Shown one piece after another: positions 1-9,342 of a DNA stretch of 54,560 nt. Numbering within the stretch: the stretch's first letter is position 1; the number at the start of each line of letters is the position of its first letter. The notes below the pieces were generated by a model. It did not search any database, was not told the origin of the DNA, and worked only from the letters and a program-made list of their open reading frames with translations. Position numbers and translations under genes: made by a program. Source of the DNA: Candidatus Omnitrophota bacterium (lineage in GTDB: Bacteria; Omnitrophota; JAUWXU01); contig JAYELI010000043.1 of NCBI GenBank assembly GCA_034717435.1, forward strand, positions 1-54,560, written 5' to 3'.

Positions 1-150
1 TCTAATAATTTCAGGTTCCGCAGGTGTTCGGTCGGCTTTAAGAATTTTTCTTGTAATTGGGGCATATGATGTTATTGAAATGATGTTCTAAAAATGAACG
101 ATGTTATTTTATATTAATCAGCTGCCCTTGTCAAGTAAAAAAAGAGGAGA

Positions 151-300
151 GGTTGTAGGTCATAGCTGATAGGTCATCCTCTACGGGGAGGCTCCGCTTC
201 GCTCCGCACTAGGTGATAGGTGACGTTTAAATATCGTCCCTCTGGATCCTGCGGTCAAGCCGCAGGATGACGCTTAAAAAACGGTCAAGCCGGAAAATGA
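151..300. repeat. Patch of short intergenic repeats: tandem heptamers (ggttgta ggtcata gctgata ggtcatc at 151-178; cactagg tgatagg tgacgtt at 207-227), gctccgc x2 (191-207), hairpin atcctgcgg-tcaag-ccgcaggat (246-268) with a partial second copy cggtcaagccg (282-292)
   Basis: Read directly from the sequence. The patch lies downstream of the epimerase terminator and no ORF covers it. Confidence 0.6.
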
Positions 301-325
301 CATTGGGTATAAGTCATTAAAGAGT

Positions 326-351
326 GTAGCCCAGGACTAGTCCTGGGCTAC
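326..351 (-). terminator. Stem-loop immediately 3' of the epimerase gene (gtagcccagga-ctag-tcctgggctac)
   Basis: Perfect 11-bp stem with a 4-nt loop, starting 7 nt after the stop codon at 358. It is followed on the minus strand by ACTCTTTAATG, which is only moderately T-rich. Confidence 0.55.
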
Positions 352-357
352 TGATAA

Positions 358-1308
358 TTAGGGGGTAAGGATAGATGGATTGTTTTTAAACCAGGCTACT
401 GTTTTTTCCAGGCCGTCTTTAAATTGGACATTGGGTTGGAGATTAAGGATGGTATGCATCTTGTTGATATCAGCATAGGTTTTAGCGACATCACCGCGTC
501 TTTTGGGGGCAAAAACAGGTTTTATGTCTTTATCTAATATCCCGTTTAATAAAGCTACTATTTCATTGATAGAAATACTATTGCCACAGGCTACATTTAA
601 TGCTTCGCCGGATATACCAGGCGTTATGGCTGCTTTTAAATTCGCGTCTACGACATTGCCCACATAGGTAAAATCGCGGGACTGCTTACCGTCCCATTCT
701 ACAGTCGGCGGCTCATCTTTGAGCATCCTGAAGGTAAGTATAGGGATAACCGCCGAATATTTGCTCTCCGGGTTTTGCCTCGGGCCAAATACATTAAAAT
801 ACCTTAAGCTAACAGTTTCTAATCCAAAAGTAGCGCTAAATGTCCGGCAATAGTGCTCGCCGGTGAGTTTAGAAACCGCATAGGGTGAAATCGGCCGGGG
901 AAGATCTTCTTCTTTTTGAGGGAACTTATCTGTATCACCATAAATAGAACTGCTTGAGGCATAAACTACCCTCTTTACCCCCATTTCTTTGGCGGCCATA
1001 AGAACTCTTAGCGTGCCGGCTATATTTATATCATTTGTCAACACCGGGTCATCAACAGACTTTGGCACAGAACGAAGGGCCGCCTGATGTAAGATGTAAT
1101 CTATGCCCTTACAGGCCTTTTTTAAATCCTCCGGATCTCTTATATCGCCTTCGATCAATTCTATTCTGTCCATAAAAGGGGCCAGGTTTTCGCGTTTACC
1201 GGTAATAAAGCTATCAATTACTCTAACCTGCTCATCCTGCTCAACAAGTCTTTCAATAATATTCGAACCGATAAATCCGGCTCCGCCGGTAACCAGATAA
1301 CTTGCCAT
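358..1308 (-). CDS. NAD-dependent nucleotide-sugar epimerase/dehydratase (SDR family, WbpP/TviC-like UDP-sugar 4-epimerase)
   Basis: 316 aa. Rossmann motif TGGAGFIGS at the N-terminus and catalytic YAVSK (YxxxK). Lies directly downstream of a UDP-sugar dehydrogenase. Confidence 0.85.
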   Translation of the reverse strand: MASYLVTGGAGFIGSNIIERLVEQDEQVRVIDSFITGKRENLAPFMDRIELIEGDIRDPEDLKKACKGIDYILHQAALRSVPKSVDDPVLTNDINIAGTLRVLMAAKEMGVKRVVYASSSSIYGDTDKFPQKEEDLPRPISPYAVSKLTGEHYCRTFSATFGLETVSLRYFNVFGPRQNPESKYSAVIPILTFRMLKDEPPTVEWDGKQSRDFTYVGNVVDANLKAAITPGISGEALNVACGNSISINEIVALLNGILDKDIKPVFAPKRRGDVAKTYADINKMHTILNLQPNVQFKDGLEKTVAWFKNNPSILTP

Positions 1309-1327
1309 TAACTTAACCTCTTTCTTT

Positions 1328-2638
1328 TTAAAGTGTTACGATGTTGTTGGTTTTTATTCCTAAACGTCCGAAAATATTTCGTGTATCAAGAACAAGTCCG
1401 GCATTAGCGGCTAAAAATTTATAATCAAACCCCGTGTGATCGGTAACAAGCACCAATAAATCGCTTCCCCGGATGTTCTTTGCGGTACAACTGCATCTTT
1501 TAAGATTTATATCGTCTATTTTTAAATATGGGATATAAGGATCGCAGTAGGAAACCTTCACGCCTTTCTTCTTTAATATCTCAATAATATCCAATGCCGG
1601 AGATTCCCGAAGGTCGTTAACATCCTTTTTATAAGTAACCCCCATAATAAGTATTTTTGCTTTAGATATATCTACATTTTGCTGTATAAGAAGCTTCTCT
1701 GCCTGCTGACAAACATAATAGGGCATAAACAGGTTTGTTTTGGAAGCTAAGTCTATCATTTTTGTCCTGAAACCTACTTTACGCGCCTTCCAGGAGAGAT
1801 ACAACGGATCGGCAGGAATGCAGTGGCCGCCTATGCCCGGGCCGGGGTAAAACGGCATAAAACCGAACGGTTTTGTCTTGGCTGCCTCCACTACCTCCCA
1901 GGCGTTTATCTTGAGCTTGTTGCAAAGCATTGCAAATTCATTTATCAACCCGATATTTACGATCCTGAAGGTATTCTCCAGCAACTTCACTATCTCCGCC
2001 GCTTCAGCAGACGAAACCATAATAACCTTTTTTATTATCTTGGAGTAAATTTCTCTGGTAAGCTCACCGGCTTTTTTACTTATTCCGCCTACAACCTTGG
2101 GGATATTGGCCAAGCTATATTTCTCATTGCCGGGGTCTATTCTCTCCGGTGAAAAGGCCAGGAAAAAGTCTTTTCCTTCAACCAATCCGCCTTTTGAAAG
2201 AATGGGCAAAATTACATCTCTGGTAGTACCTGGATAAGTGGTGCTTTCAACTATAATAAGGCTTCCTCTTTTAAAATATTTGCCGATAGTGCGGGTTGCT
2301 TTCATAATATAGGAGATATTGGGTATTTTTGTTTTGCGCAACGGCGTAGGCACGCAAATTATGATAATATCGACTTCTTTTAGGATTTTATAATCAGGCT
2401 TAGGAAAGAAATTTTTTCTATCTATAGCACTTTTTATTTCCTGCTCCGGTATCTCCAGGATATATGAACGTTTATTTAAAAGTGTATTTAGCCTTTTTTT
2501 ATCAGTGTCTATGCCAAAAACGTCAAATCCGGCCTTGCTAAATTCCAGGGTTATCGGCAGTCCTACATACCCCAATCCGATCACGGCTACTTTTGCGGTC
2601 TTGTTATTTATTTTTTCTTTTAATCCTCTTGCTATCAT
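1328..2638 (-). CDS. Nucleotide-sugar 6-dehydrogenase (UDP-GlcNAc/UDP-ManNAc dehydrogenase family, WbpO/TviB/WecC-like)
   Basis: 436 aa. N-terminal VAVIGLGYVGLP Rossmann motif and catalytic-Cys motif GGHCIPADP. Paired with the epimerase. Confidence 0.85.
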   Translation of the reverse strand: MIARGLKEKINNKTAKVAVIGLGYVGLPITLEFSKAGFDVFGIDTDKKRLNTLLNKRSYILEIPEQEIKSAIDRKNFFPKPDYKILKEVDIIIICVPTPLRKTKIPNISYIMKATRTIGKYFKRGSLIIVESTTYPGTTRDVILPILSKGGLVEGKDFFLAFSPERIDPGNEKYSLANIPKVVGGISKKAGELTREIYSKIIKKVIMVSSAEAAEIVKLLENTFRIVNIGLINEFAMLCNKLKINAWEVVEAAKTKPFGFMPFYPGPGIGGHCIPADPLYLSWKARKVGFRTKMIDLASKTNLFMPYYVCQQAEKLLIQQNVDISKAKILIMGVTYKKDVNDLRESPALDIIEILKKKGVKVSYCDPYIPYLKIDDINLKRCSCTAKNIRGSDLLVLVTDHTGFDYKFLAANAGLVLDTRNIFGRLGIKTNNIVTL

Positions 2639-4738
2639 TTAATATCCTGAACCACGCTCGCCGATCCTGGGCTCGTTGTAAGTAGTACGTCCTTTTATCT
2701 CTATCTGAGGAAATGCCTTGAGCCGCAGGACAAGCCAGATAGTATCAGCGTCTTTTCTGTTCCAGGCCAACTCTCCTGTCCAGCAGTGAAGGTCACGTTG
2801 AATCCTGTATTCCTGTTCATTAAAATTTGCGCTCATGAAGTTATCAGCCTGATAACCCCAACGCTGATAAGCCCACACACGCCACTTGGAATTAAGCTTA
2901 TAACTTGCCTGAACGGTCAGTTCATTGTCCATATGCCTTAAGTATCTATTGCCCACGCCAAAGCTCCATTTATCCCCGCCATTAGCTATTAAGTCGACGT
3001 TACAGGTCTCCATGGCTTTGCTGGTTATATTATAATCCGTATCGAACTGGCAGGTCAACCAATTATATGGTCTTAATTCTAAATCAACTTCAAGGCCGGA
3101 AATTTTGTTGGTCTCCGGAAAATAATCAATAGCCGTAAACAGGTTTACTAAATCGACCTTTTTTATTTCATCGTCAAATTTTCTTTTGGTTTGTAATTTG
3201 TTTTCCAGGCTAAGGGTAACAGCATTATAGTCGGTTATCCCGTCAATGCTGTCGAACACCAATATTTTATCCTGCTTTAGGCCGGGCTCTCTATATCTAT
3301 AGTTATAACTTATTCCTGGTTCGACCAAGTGCCTTAATCCATTTATCCCCATATTTAAAAAATCACTTTCCAAATCAAAAACCCGCCAGAAACTAGTGCT
3401 TAAATCGAGGCCGCTGTAAAAAATAGCCCTGTTTAAAATACTGCCGTTTACATCCTCGCTGTACCATGTCTCTCTTGCTCCGGCATAAGGCGTGAAGTAC
3501 AACCAGCCAAATAACTTGCTGGTATGGAAAAACTTATTAAAACTATCAAACCTTATCGCTTCATAATCTGAAAGTCCTGCTCTCCGATTATATAAGTTCG
3601 AGGCGCTGGTCTCTGTCTGGTAGTAAAATCTCGTATTGCCAATTCTTAAACCGGGGACATCTAATGAAACCTCGGGAAGTCTTTCTACTTGCGTGAAAAA
3701 ATCATTAACCCTGCCGGTGGCAGTCAGATTAATGATATAATCGGGCCGTGATCTGGTAAAAGAAATGAATGATTCCGGCTCGCTTTCTTCTTCGTATTCA
3801 CCCTCAAAAAAATCTTTAACAATGGTTCCATCGCTCAACTTATGATACTCGGCCTGAAATAAGGTATTATTATCTATTTGCCAACGATGCCGGTATTGAG
3901 CGCGGTATCTCTGTTCTCTTTCCCTTAAGCTTTCTATTAGTTGTTGATCCAAGTCATCAGCGTAATAAGTTTTAAGATGTCCTTCTCCGAAATTACGCGA
4001 CCTATAATCATGATCTATACCGCCGGCCCATCCCCTTAACTCCCTCCAATCAGCATGAATATAACCCTGAGCGTTTTCATTCAGCCAGTAGCGATACTGG
4101 CCTAATGCAAATATCCCCCAATCCTTTTCACGGCCCGGAGTAATAGTTACCTTTGGCCTTTCATCTTTTAGAGAATGGGTATAAAACGGTATATAAAATA
4201 CAGGGTATTTGTCTATATATATCACAACATTATAGGCAACTACTTTATCGCCTAAAAATATTTTAATCTTCTTTGACTGAACCCGATAATGCGGGGGGTC
4301 AAGCTCGCAAGTGCTGATATAACCATTGGTTATCAGGAATTCTTTATCTCCTACTTTATCGATCTCTTCACCCCTGCCATACCAGGGCTTGAATTCACCG
4401 CGGCCGTTTATAAGCTTGCCTTTTTTGGTCTCAAAATCATAATTTATCCTTTCAGCCCGAAAGGTATTTCCGTCTTGATATAAAGTAACATTTCCTTCCA
4501 GAAAACCCTGCTTGGCATCTAAACGGACAACTGCTTTATCGCAAGTCAATTTTATATCATTATAAGTAATAACTACATTACCTTCGCCAATTACTGTTTT
4601 TTCTTCGGTAAGAAACTCTATTTTGTCCCCGTTGCAGACAATAGATGAATCTTGCTGAGCATAGCCGGAACAACCGGTCAATAAATAAATACCAACCGCC
4701 AACCGCCAAACTCTTAACATTCTGGATTTACCTCTCAT
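2639..4738 (-). CDS. lptD: LPS-assembly outer-membrane protein LptD (OstA N-terminal domain plus large beta-barrel)
   Basis: 699 aa with a signal peptide. It has OstA-like beta-jellyroll repeats (GDKIEF...GNVVITYNDIKLTCDKAVV...GNVTLYQDG) and a long aromatic-rich C-terminal region. The start could instead be the ATG at 4720. Confidence 0.75.
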   Translation of the reverse strand: MRGKSRMLRVWRLAVGIYLLTGCSGYAQQDSSIVCNGDKIEFLTEEKTVIGEGNVVITYNDIKLTCDKAVVRLDAKQGFLEGNVTLYQDGNTFRAERINYDFETKKGKLINGRGEFKPWYGRGEEIDKVGDKEFLITNGYISTCELDPPHYRVQSKKIKIFLGDKVVAYNVVIYIDKYPVFYIPFYTHSLKDERPKVTITPGREKDWGIFALGQYRYWLNENAQGYIHADWRELRGWAGGIDHDYRSRNFGEGHLKTYYADDLDQQLIESLREREQRYRAQYRHRWQIDNNTLFQAEYHKLSDGTIVKDFFEGEYEEESEPESFISFTRSRPDYIINLTATGRVNDFFTQVERLPEVSLDVPGLRIGNTRFYYQTETSASNLYNRRAGLSDYEAIRFDSFNKFFHTSKLFGWLYFTPYAGARETWYSEDVNGSILNRAIFYSGLDLSTSFWRVFDLESDFLNMGINGLRHLVEPGISYNYRYREPGLKQDKILVFDSIDGITDYNAVTLSLENKLQTKRKFDDEIKKVDLVNLFTAIDYFPETNKISGLEVDLELRPYNWLTCQFDTDYNITSKAMETCNVDLIANGGDKWSFGVGNRYLRHMDNELTVQASYKLNSKWRVWAYQRWGYQADNFMSANFNEQEYRIQRDLHCWTGELAWNRKDADTIWLVLRLKAFPQIEIKGRTTYNEPRIGERGSGY

Positions 4739-5975
4739 ATATCTCTACCCTATTTCTCCCTTTGTTCTTGGCCCGGTATAACGCCTGGTCTGCCTTTTCT
4801 ATTAGGGTCTTTGCCTTCTTGGCGTCACCGGGAAAACAAGCCACGCCGATTGAAATACTAAGCCTGGCTTGCTCCCCATAATAAGTCCTGAAAATATGAT
4901 TATCTGCGGCCCACCTAATTCTTTCGGCAACTTGAACTGCACCTTTTTTGTCTGTCTGGGGAAGTATAACCGCAAATTCCTCCCCTCCGTACCTGCCTAC
5001 CAAATCAACGCGTCTTAAGCTATTTTTGAGAATTTCCGTTATCTCCTGAAGGGCAGTATCTCCCGAAAGATGCCCATACCGATCATTATAAGCCTTAAAA
5101 TAGTCAATATCGATCATAAAAAAGGATAATTTAAATTTATGCCGCAGAGAACGCTCCATTTCAGCATTATACATTTCCAAAAAGTGCCGGCGGACATAAG
5201 CCTTTGTCAAGCCGTCCATTATCGAAAGTTCCTGTACTACCTCATACAGCTCTATCTTTTTCATCTCCAACGCCAGTTGCCCTGCTAAAATTAAAAACTT
5301 ATCAAAAACATCTCCTTTAAACCCCTCCAGCGTTAGGATTGCTATAATCTTATTCTCTACAATTAACGGTACTGCAATGAAAGATCTGATTTCATGCGGA
5401 AGAGCAAGCTTTATATCGGAACTATAAGCCCTGCCCGGCGAAACAAAGATAGGCTTCCTTGTTTTTAGTAAAAGCCTGACCACATTTTGGTCAAAGCCTC
5501 CAACATCTACCTCGGTTGGCCTGGCCCTTAATTCTTTATCCAGCATTGTCGCTTTTCTTCTTTCTTTAAAGGAAATTTCTTCCTGGATAGGATCTCCTTT
5601 TTGAATCTCATAAATTTTCTCAATCAAACCATGGTTTTCTACTTCAGCAATTAAAATCAATTTACTCTTTTTAAAATCAAACGTTCTTCGTATGACCCCG
5701 CTCAAAATAGTAAATATTTCAGAGAACTCCAAAGCCGTACCCATATCTTTAGTAACCTCATAAAGTGAGGCAATCTGCAGAAGATCATAGTCTAATTGCG
5801 TATTAAGACTATTCATCTTTTTGGTCTTTTCTTTAATCTTTAAACACTCACGCTTGATCTTGGTTGAGCTATCCTGAAATAGAAGCTTTTCCCTTTGCTC
5901 TAAGTAATAAAGGTAATAAACAAGTGCAGCAGTCATAACGGCTGAAATAAAGCCGACTATAAATAACATACGCAA
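4728..5975 (-). CDS. Membrane-anchored GAF-GGDEF diguanylate cyclase (I-site RxxD present)
   Basis: 415 aa with an N-terminal TM helix and a GAF-like middle region. GGDEF domain has RRVDLVGRYGGEEF. The track start is TTG; the ATG at 5969 is more likely. Confidence 0.85.
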   Translation of the reverse strand: MRMLFIVGFISAVMTAALVYYLYYLEQREKLLFQDSSTKIKRECLKIKEKTKKMNSLNTQLDYDLLQIASLYEVTKDMGTALEFSEIFTILSGVIRRTFDFKKSKLILIAEVENHGLIEKIYEIQKGDPIQEEISFKERRKATMLDKELRARPTEVDVGGFDQNVVRLLLKTRKPIFVSPGRAYSSDIKLALPHEIRSFIAVPLIVENKIIAILTLEGFKGDVFDKFLILAGQLALEMKKIELYEVVQELSIMDGLTKAYVRRHFLEMYNAEMERSLRHKFKLSFFMIDIDYFKAYNDRYGHLSGDTALQEITEILKNSLRRVDLVGRYGGEEFAVILPQTDKKGAVQVAERIRWAADNHIFRTYYGEQARLSISIGVACFPGDAKKAKTLIEKADQALYRAKNKGRNRVEIYER

Positions 5976-7213
5976 TTTCTTCCCTGTTCTTTTGCTTTAT
6001 AAAGCGCTTTATCGGCCGCAGCAATAAGTCTTTCAGCATCCAAGGCATCTTGAGGAAAACTAACCACTCCAATTGAAACAGAAATTTTGGTCTTTTTTCT
6101 TCTTAAAAGAAATACCTTTTTACCTATTATTTTCCTAATATCCTCAGCAACAATTACTGCCTGCTCTTTGTTTGTATCGGAAAGTATTACAGCAAATTCT
6201 TCTCCTCCATATCGGGCCACCAGGCCATTGTTGCCAATTTTTTCCTGCAGAATACCGGCTATACCTTTTAGAAGAATGTCTCCAGCTGTATGACCATATT
6301 GGTCGTTATACTTCTTAAAATAATCTAAATCGCACATCAAAACAGACACCATAATTTTGCTTATCTTTGCCCGTTCACACTCTTCTGCCAACTGTTTTTT
6401 AAAATAAGTCTGAACATACAAAGAGGTTAAGCCATCTCTGATAGCCAATTCCTCGGTCCGTTGATAAAGAAGGGCATTTTCTATAGCTACCGAGACCAAA
6501 CCGGAAATAATGTCCAACAACCTCAAGTCATTGGGAGAAAAGACATAACTGCTTTGATCGTTTATGCGAAGCAGGCCTACCATTCTTTCCTTGCTGATTA
6601 TCGGAGCAATTATCAAAGACCGGTAATTTTGCTTGCCCGGATTAAACCGGAAATCTTTCTGGGTATCTGTAATTATCAACGGCTGTTTCTGCCTTAAGAC
6701 CCAGTGATCAAATATATCCCCTTTCTTTCTGAATTCCAATTTAGTAATCTTAGAGTTCCTTTGCTGGCTTAATACTGAAAAACCTCCTTTTTTTCTATAA
6801 ACCAGAGACAAAAAATACTCTTCTCCTTTGCCAATAACCTTAAAGGTCTGAACAAGTATTACCTTAGATAATTCTTCTAACGACAATGTGGAGCTCAAAT
6901 CTTCAGTTACATTCTTTAAAGTAGAGTAACGCTGAAGCCTTTTGTTAAGCGTTTGATTTACAACTTCTTCTTTTTCATATTCCAGGATAAGCTTTCTTTT
7001 TTTTTCTTCCATTTTTTCTAACTTGACTTCGTTTAACCGCCTTATTCTCCTAATCCGTTGCCAGAAAAACCCCATAATTAAAATAATCCCTGAGCAGATA
7101 AGAAAAATATGTAATTTAGACGGGATGGCGCTGCTAAAAGACAAGGTAAGTGGGCAGGTAGCCATTAAGAAAGTCTCTAATTTAAATAATGGTGTCTTGG
7201 GTCTTGGGATCAA
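5957..7213 (-). CDS. Membrane-anchored GAF-GGDEF diguanylate cyclase (no RxxD I-site)
   Basis: 418 aa with the same architecture as the neighbouring paralogue; motif ARYGGEEF. The track start is TTG at 7213; an alternative ATG lies at 7165, after the upstream stop. Confidence 0.85.
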   Translation of the reverse strand: MIPRPKTPLFKLETFLMATCPLTLSFSSAIPSKLHIFLICSGIILIMGFFWQRIRRIRRLNEVKLEKMEEKKRKLILEYEKEEVVNQTLNKRLQRYSTLKNVTEDLSSTLSLEELSKVILVQTFKVIGKGEEYFLSLVYRKKGGFSVLSQQRNSKITKLEFRKKGDIFDHWVLRQKQPLIITDTQKDFRFNPGKQNYRSLIIAPIISKERMVGLLRINDQSSYVFSPNDLRLLDIISGLVSVAIENALLYQRTEELAIRDGLTSLYVQTYFKKQLAEECERAKISKIMVSVLMCDLDYFKKYNDQYGHTAGDILLKGIAGILQEKIGNNGLVARYGGEEFAVILSDTNKEQAVIVAEDIRKIIGKKVFLLRRKKTKISVSIGVVSFPQDALDAERLIAAADKALYKAKEQGRNCVCYL

Positions 7214-8291
7214 AGAAGTGAGCCTTGCTCATGTCAAATACTAAATCTATATCCTGGCCTATTTCGGCCCGCTCATCGGTTCCTGTAGCCATTCGGGCAA
7301 TAAAATTGTGTTTGCCGCTGGTTAAATGCAAATAGACTTCAGAACCCATGGGCTCTATTACTTCACAAGTGGCAGCCAGAGTATTTTCTGGAGAGGCATC
7401 AGGGGTAAACAATTTATCATAAATATCTTCCGGTCTTACTCCAAAAATAACAACCTTATCCTGATAATTAGACATATAAGGTACCATTTCTTCTACAATC
7501 TTTATTCTAAAATTACCTTCATCAAAATAAAAATCTCTATCCTTTTTAATAATACTTCCTTCCATAAAATTCATCGGCGGTGATCCGATAAAACCAGCTA
7601 CGAATTTATTAACCGGCTTAAAGTAAAGTGTAATTGGGTCAGCTACCTGATTAATTAAACCGTCTTTTAAGATAACTATCCTATCGCCCATGGTCATAGC
7701 CTCGATCTGATCATGCGTAACATAGATCATAGTTGCCTGCAGGCGGTTGTGAAGTTTTCTGATTTCCGTCCTCATCTGAACCCGCAGTTTTGCATCTAAA
7801 TTGCTCAATGGTTCATCAAATAAAAAGACATAGGGCTTGCGGACAATTGCCCGGCCCACGGCTACTCGCTGTCTTTGACCGCCGGAAAGCATTCTTGGCC
7901 TTCTATTCAATAAATTCTTCAGGCCCAGTATAGTAGCAGCATCGTTAACCCTTTTATCTATTTCTTTTTTAGGATAACGGCGAAGTTTCAATCCGAAAGC
8001 CATATTGCCATAAACATCCATATGTGGGTAAAGAGCGTAATTCTGAAAAACCATAGCAACGTTCCTGTCTTTAGGCGGAGTATTATTAATTATCTTATCG
8101 CCGATGTAAATTTCTCCGCTGGTGATTTCTTCTAAACCCGCTATCGACCTCAAAAATGTTGACTTCCCGCAGCCAGAAGGCCCTACTACGACTAAAAACT
8201 CTTTATCAGCTACTTCAATATTTATATCTTTTATTGCCTGGACATTATTAGAAAATGCCTTGCTTACGTTTTTTAATCTTACTGTAGCCAT
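7182..8291 (-). CDS. ABC transporter ATP-binding protein, MalK/UgpC/MsmX type (sugar importer ATPase with C-terminal regulatory/TOBE-like domain)
   Basis: 369 aa. Walker [10 protein letters not shown], signature LSGGQRQR, Walker B FLFDEPLS, H-loop VTHD. No permease or binding-protein gene is adjacent. Confidence 0.9.
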   Translation of the reverse strand: MATVRLKNVSKAFSNNVQAIKDINIEVADKEFLVVVGPSGCGKSTFLRSIAGLEEITSGEIYIGDKIINNTPPKDRNVAMVFQNYALYPHMDVYGNMAFGLKLRRYPKKEIDKRVNDAATILGLKNLLNRRPRMLSGGQRQRVAVGRAIVRKPYVFLFDEPLSNLDAKLRVQMRTEIRKLHNRLQATMIYVTHDQIEAMTMGDRIVILKDGLINQVADPITLYFKPVNKFVAGFIGSPPMNFMEGSIIKKDRDFYFDEGNFRIKIVEEMVPYMSNYQDKVVIFGVRPEDIYDKLFTPDASPENTLAATCEVIEPMGSEVYLHLTSGKHNFIARMATGTDERAEIGQDIDLVFDMSKAHFFDPKTQDTII

Positions 8292-8318
8292 ATTCCCTCG
8301 CTATTTATATAGTTGATA

Positions 8319-8346
8319 ATTATACCACATTTCAAACTAATGTCAA
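8319..8346 (-). promoter_or_regulatory. sigma70-type promoter TTGACA-16 nt-TGgTATAAT upstream of the ABC-ATPase/GGDEF/lptD gene string
   Basis: On the minus strand, -35 TTGACA is at 8346-8341 and overlaps the accD TGA stop. The extended -10 TGgTATAAT is at 8327-8319, about 28 nt upstream of the ATG at 8291. Confidence 0.55.
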
Positions 8347-9155
8347 AAGAAACCCAATAAAAGATTTAAGGTCTGTTTTAGGCTTCGGCGATCAACAATC
8401 ATATCTATCAGGCCATGCTGTAATAAAAATTCAGAAGTCTGAAATTCTTCTGGCAGCCTCTGCCTGATGGTCTGTTCTATCACCCTTGGCCCGGTAAACC
8501 CGACCAGAGCCCCAGGCTCAGCAATAATCACATCACCTAAAGAGGCAAAGCTTGCCATTACTCCGGCCATCGTTGGATTGGTAAGAATAGATACAAATGG
8601 TAATTTCGCCTGGTTATACTTGCTTAACGCAGCGCTGGTCTTGGCCATCTGCATCAGGCTGAACATCCCCTCATACATCCGCGCCCCGCCGCCTGACCCT
8701 GAAACCATTATAAGCGGCAGTTTGTTATTGATAGCCAGTTCAGTTAATCTGGTAATTTTCTCACCTACTACCGAGCCCATAGATCCCATGATAAAACGGG
8801 CATCGGTTACCCCAAAAGCTACCTCTCTACCATCAATTCTGGCCCGGCCGACAACACATGCTTCGGTTAAACCTGTCTTTTCCTGGTCTTCTTTTAACTT
8901 TTGCTTATATGTTTTTACCCCTTTAAAATCAAGGACATCGACTGTTGTTAAGCCTGTCTCATGTTCAACAAAACTGTCCGGATCCAACAGAACGTTAATC
9001 CTTTCCTGCGCGCCCAGGGTAAAATGATAGCTGCATCTGGGACAGACCATAAGGTTTTCCCTCAAGCTTTTATAAAATATAGCCCTCCCGCAATCCTTAC
9101 ATTTTGTCCAAAGTCCTGCCGGAACCCCTTTTCTTTTCTTTCCAAATGGTGACAT
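8343..9155 (-). CDS. accD: Acetyl-CoA carboxylase carboxyltransferase beta subunit
   Basis: 270 aa. N-terminal zinc ribbon CKDCGR...CPRCSYHF, followed by the carboxyltransferase fold (GGARMYEG). Confidence 0.92.
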   Translation of the reverse strand: MSPFGKKRKGVPAGLWTKCKDCGRAIFYKSLRENLMVCPRCSYHFTLGAQERINVLLDPDSFVEHETGLTTVDVLDFKGVKTYKQKLKEDQEKTGLTEACVVGRARIDGREVAFGVTDARFIMGSMGSVVGEKITRLTELAINNKLPLIMVSGSGGGARMYEGMFSLMQMAKTSAALSKYNQAKLPFVSILTNPTMAGVMASFASLGDVIIAEPGALVGFTGPRVIEQTIRQRLPEEFQTSEFLLQHGLIDMIVDRRSLKQTLNLLLGFF

Positions 9156-9252
9156 GTTTTTTAAAGTATTTTGGATCTGCCTTCGGTCAACCTCTGGTTT
9201 ACGAAACCGCTGTCCTTGAATTATGTTCAGGACAACGTTCTAATTTTTAGAG

Positions 9253-9324
9253 AGCTGGCGAGTGGAGTTGAACCACCAACCTGAACTTTACGAAAGTCCT
9301 GCTCTGCCATTGAGCTACGCCAGC
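9253..9324 (-). tRNA. tRNA-Thr (anticodon CGT)
   Basis: The reverse complement GCTGGCG-TA-GCTCAATGGCAGAGC-A-GGACT-TTCGTAA-AGTTC-AGGTT-GGTGG-TTCAACT-CCACT-CGCCAGC-T folds as a cloverleaf. CCA is not encoded. Confidence 0.9.
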
Positions 9325-9342
9325 ATCAACACAAATTCATTT

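Noticed and set aside
1-65. Possible 5' end of a minus-strand gene (ATG at 65-63; MPQLQEKFLKPTEHLRNLKLL...) running off the left edge
   Set aside because: Only 21 open codons are visible, with no clear RBS and no recognisable motif. This is too little evidence to call a CDS.
2639-4738. LptD as a lipoprotein, from the LLTGC sequence in its signal peptide
   Set aside because: The match to a lipobox is marginal, the start codon is uncertain, and LptD proteins are normally not lipidated. I do not consider it supportable from sequence alone.
8467-9027. Long antisense ORFs in the track (for example 8467-9027, 27067-27456, 32055-32462, 36609-37046, 49290-49733, 50291-50590 and many 60-130 aa ORFs)
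   Set aside because: Each lies entirely inside, and opposite to or out of frame with, a confidently identified conserved gene. Their low-complexity Ser/Pro/Leu-rich translations are typical shadow ORFs.
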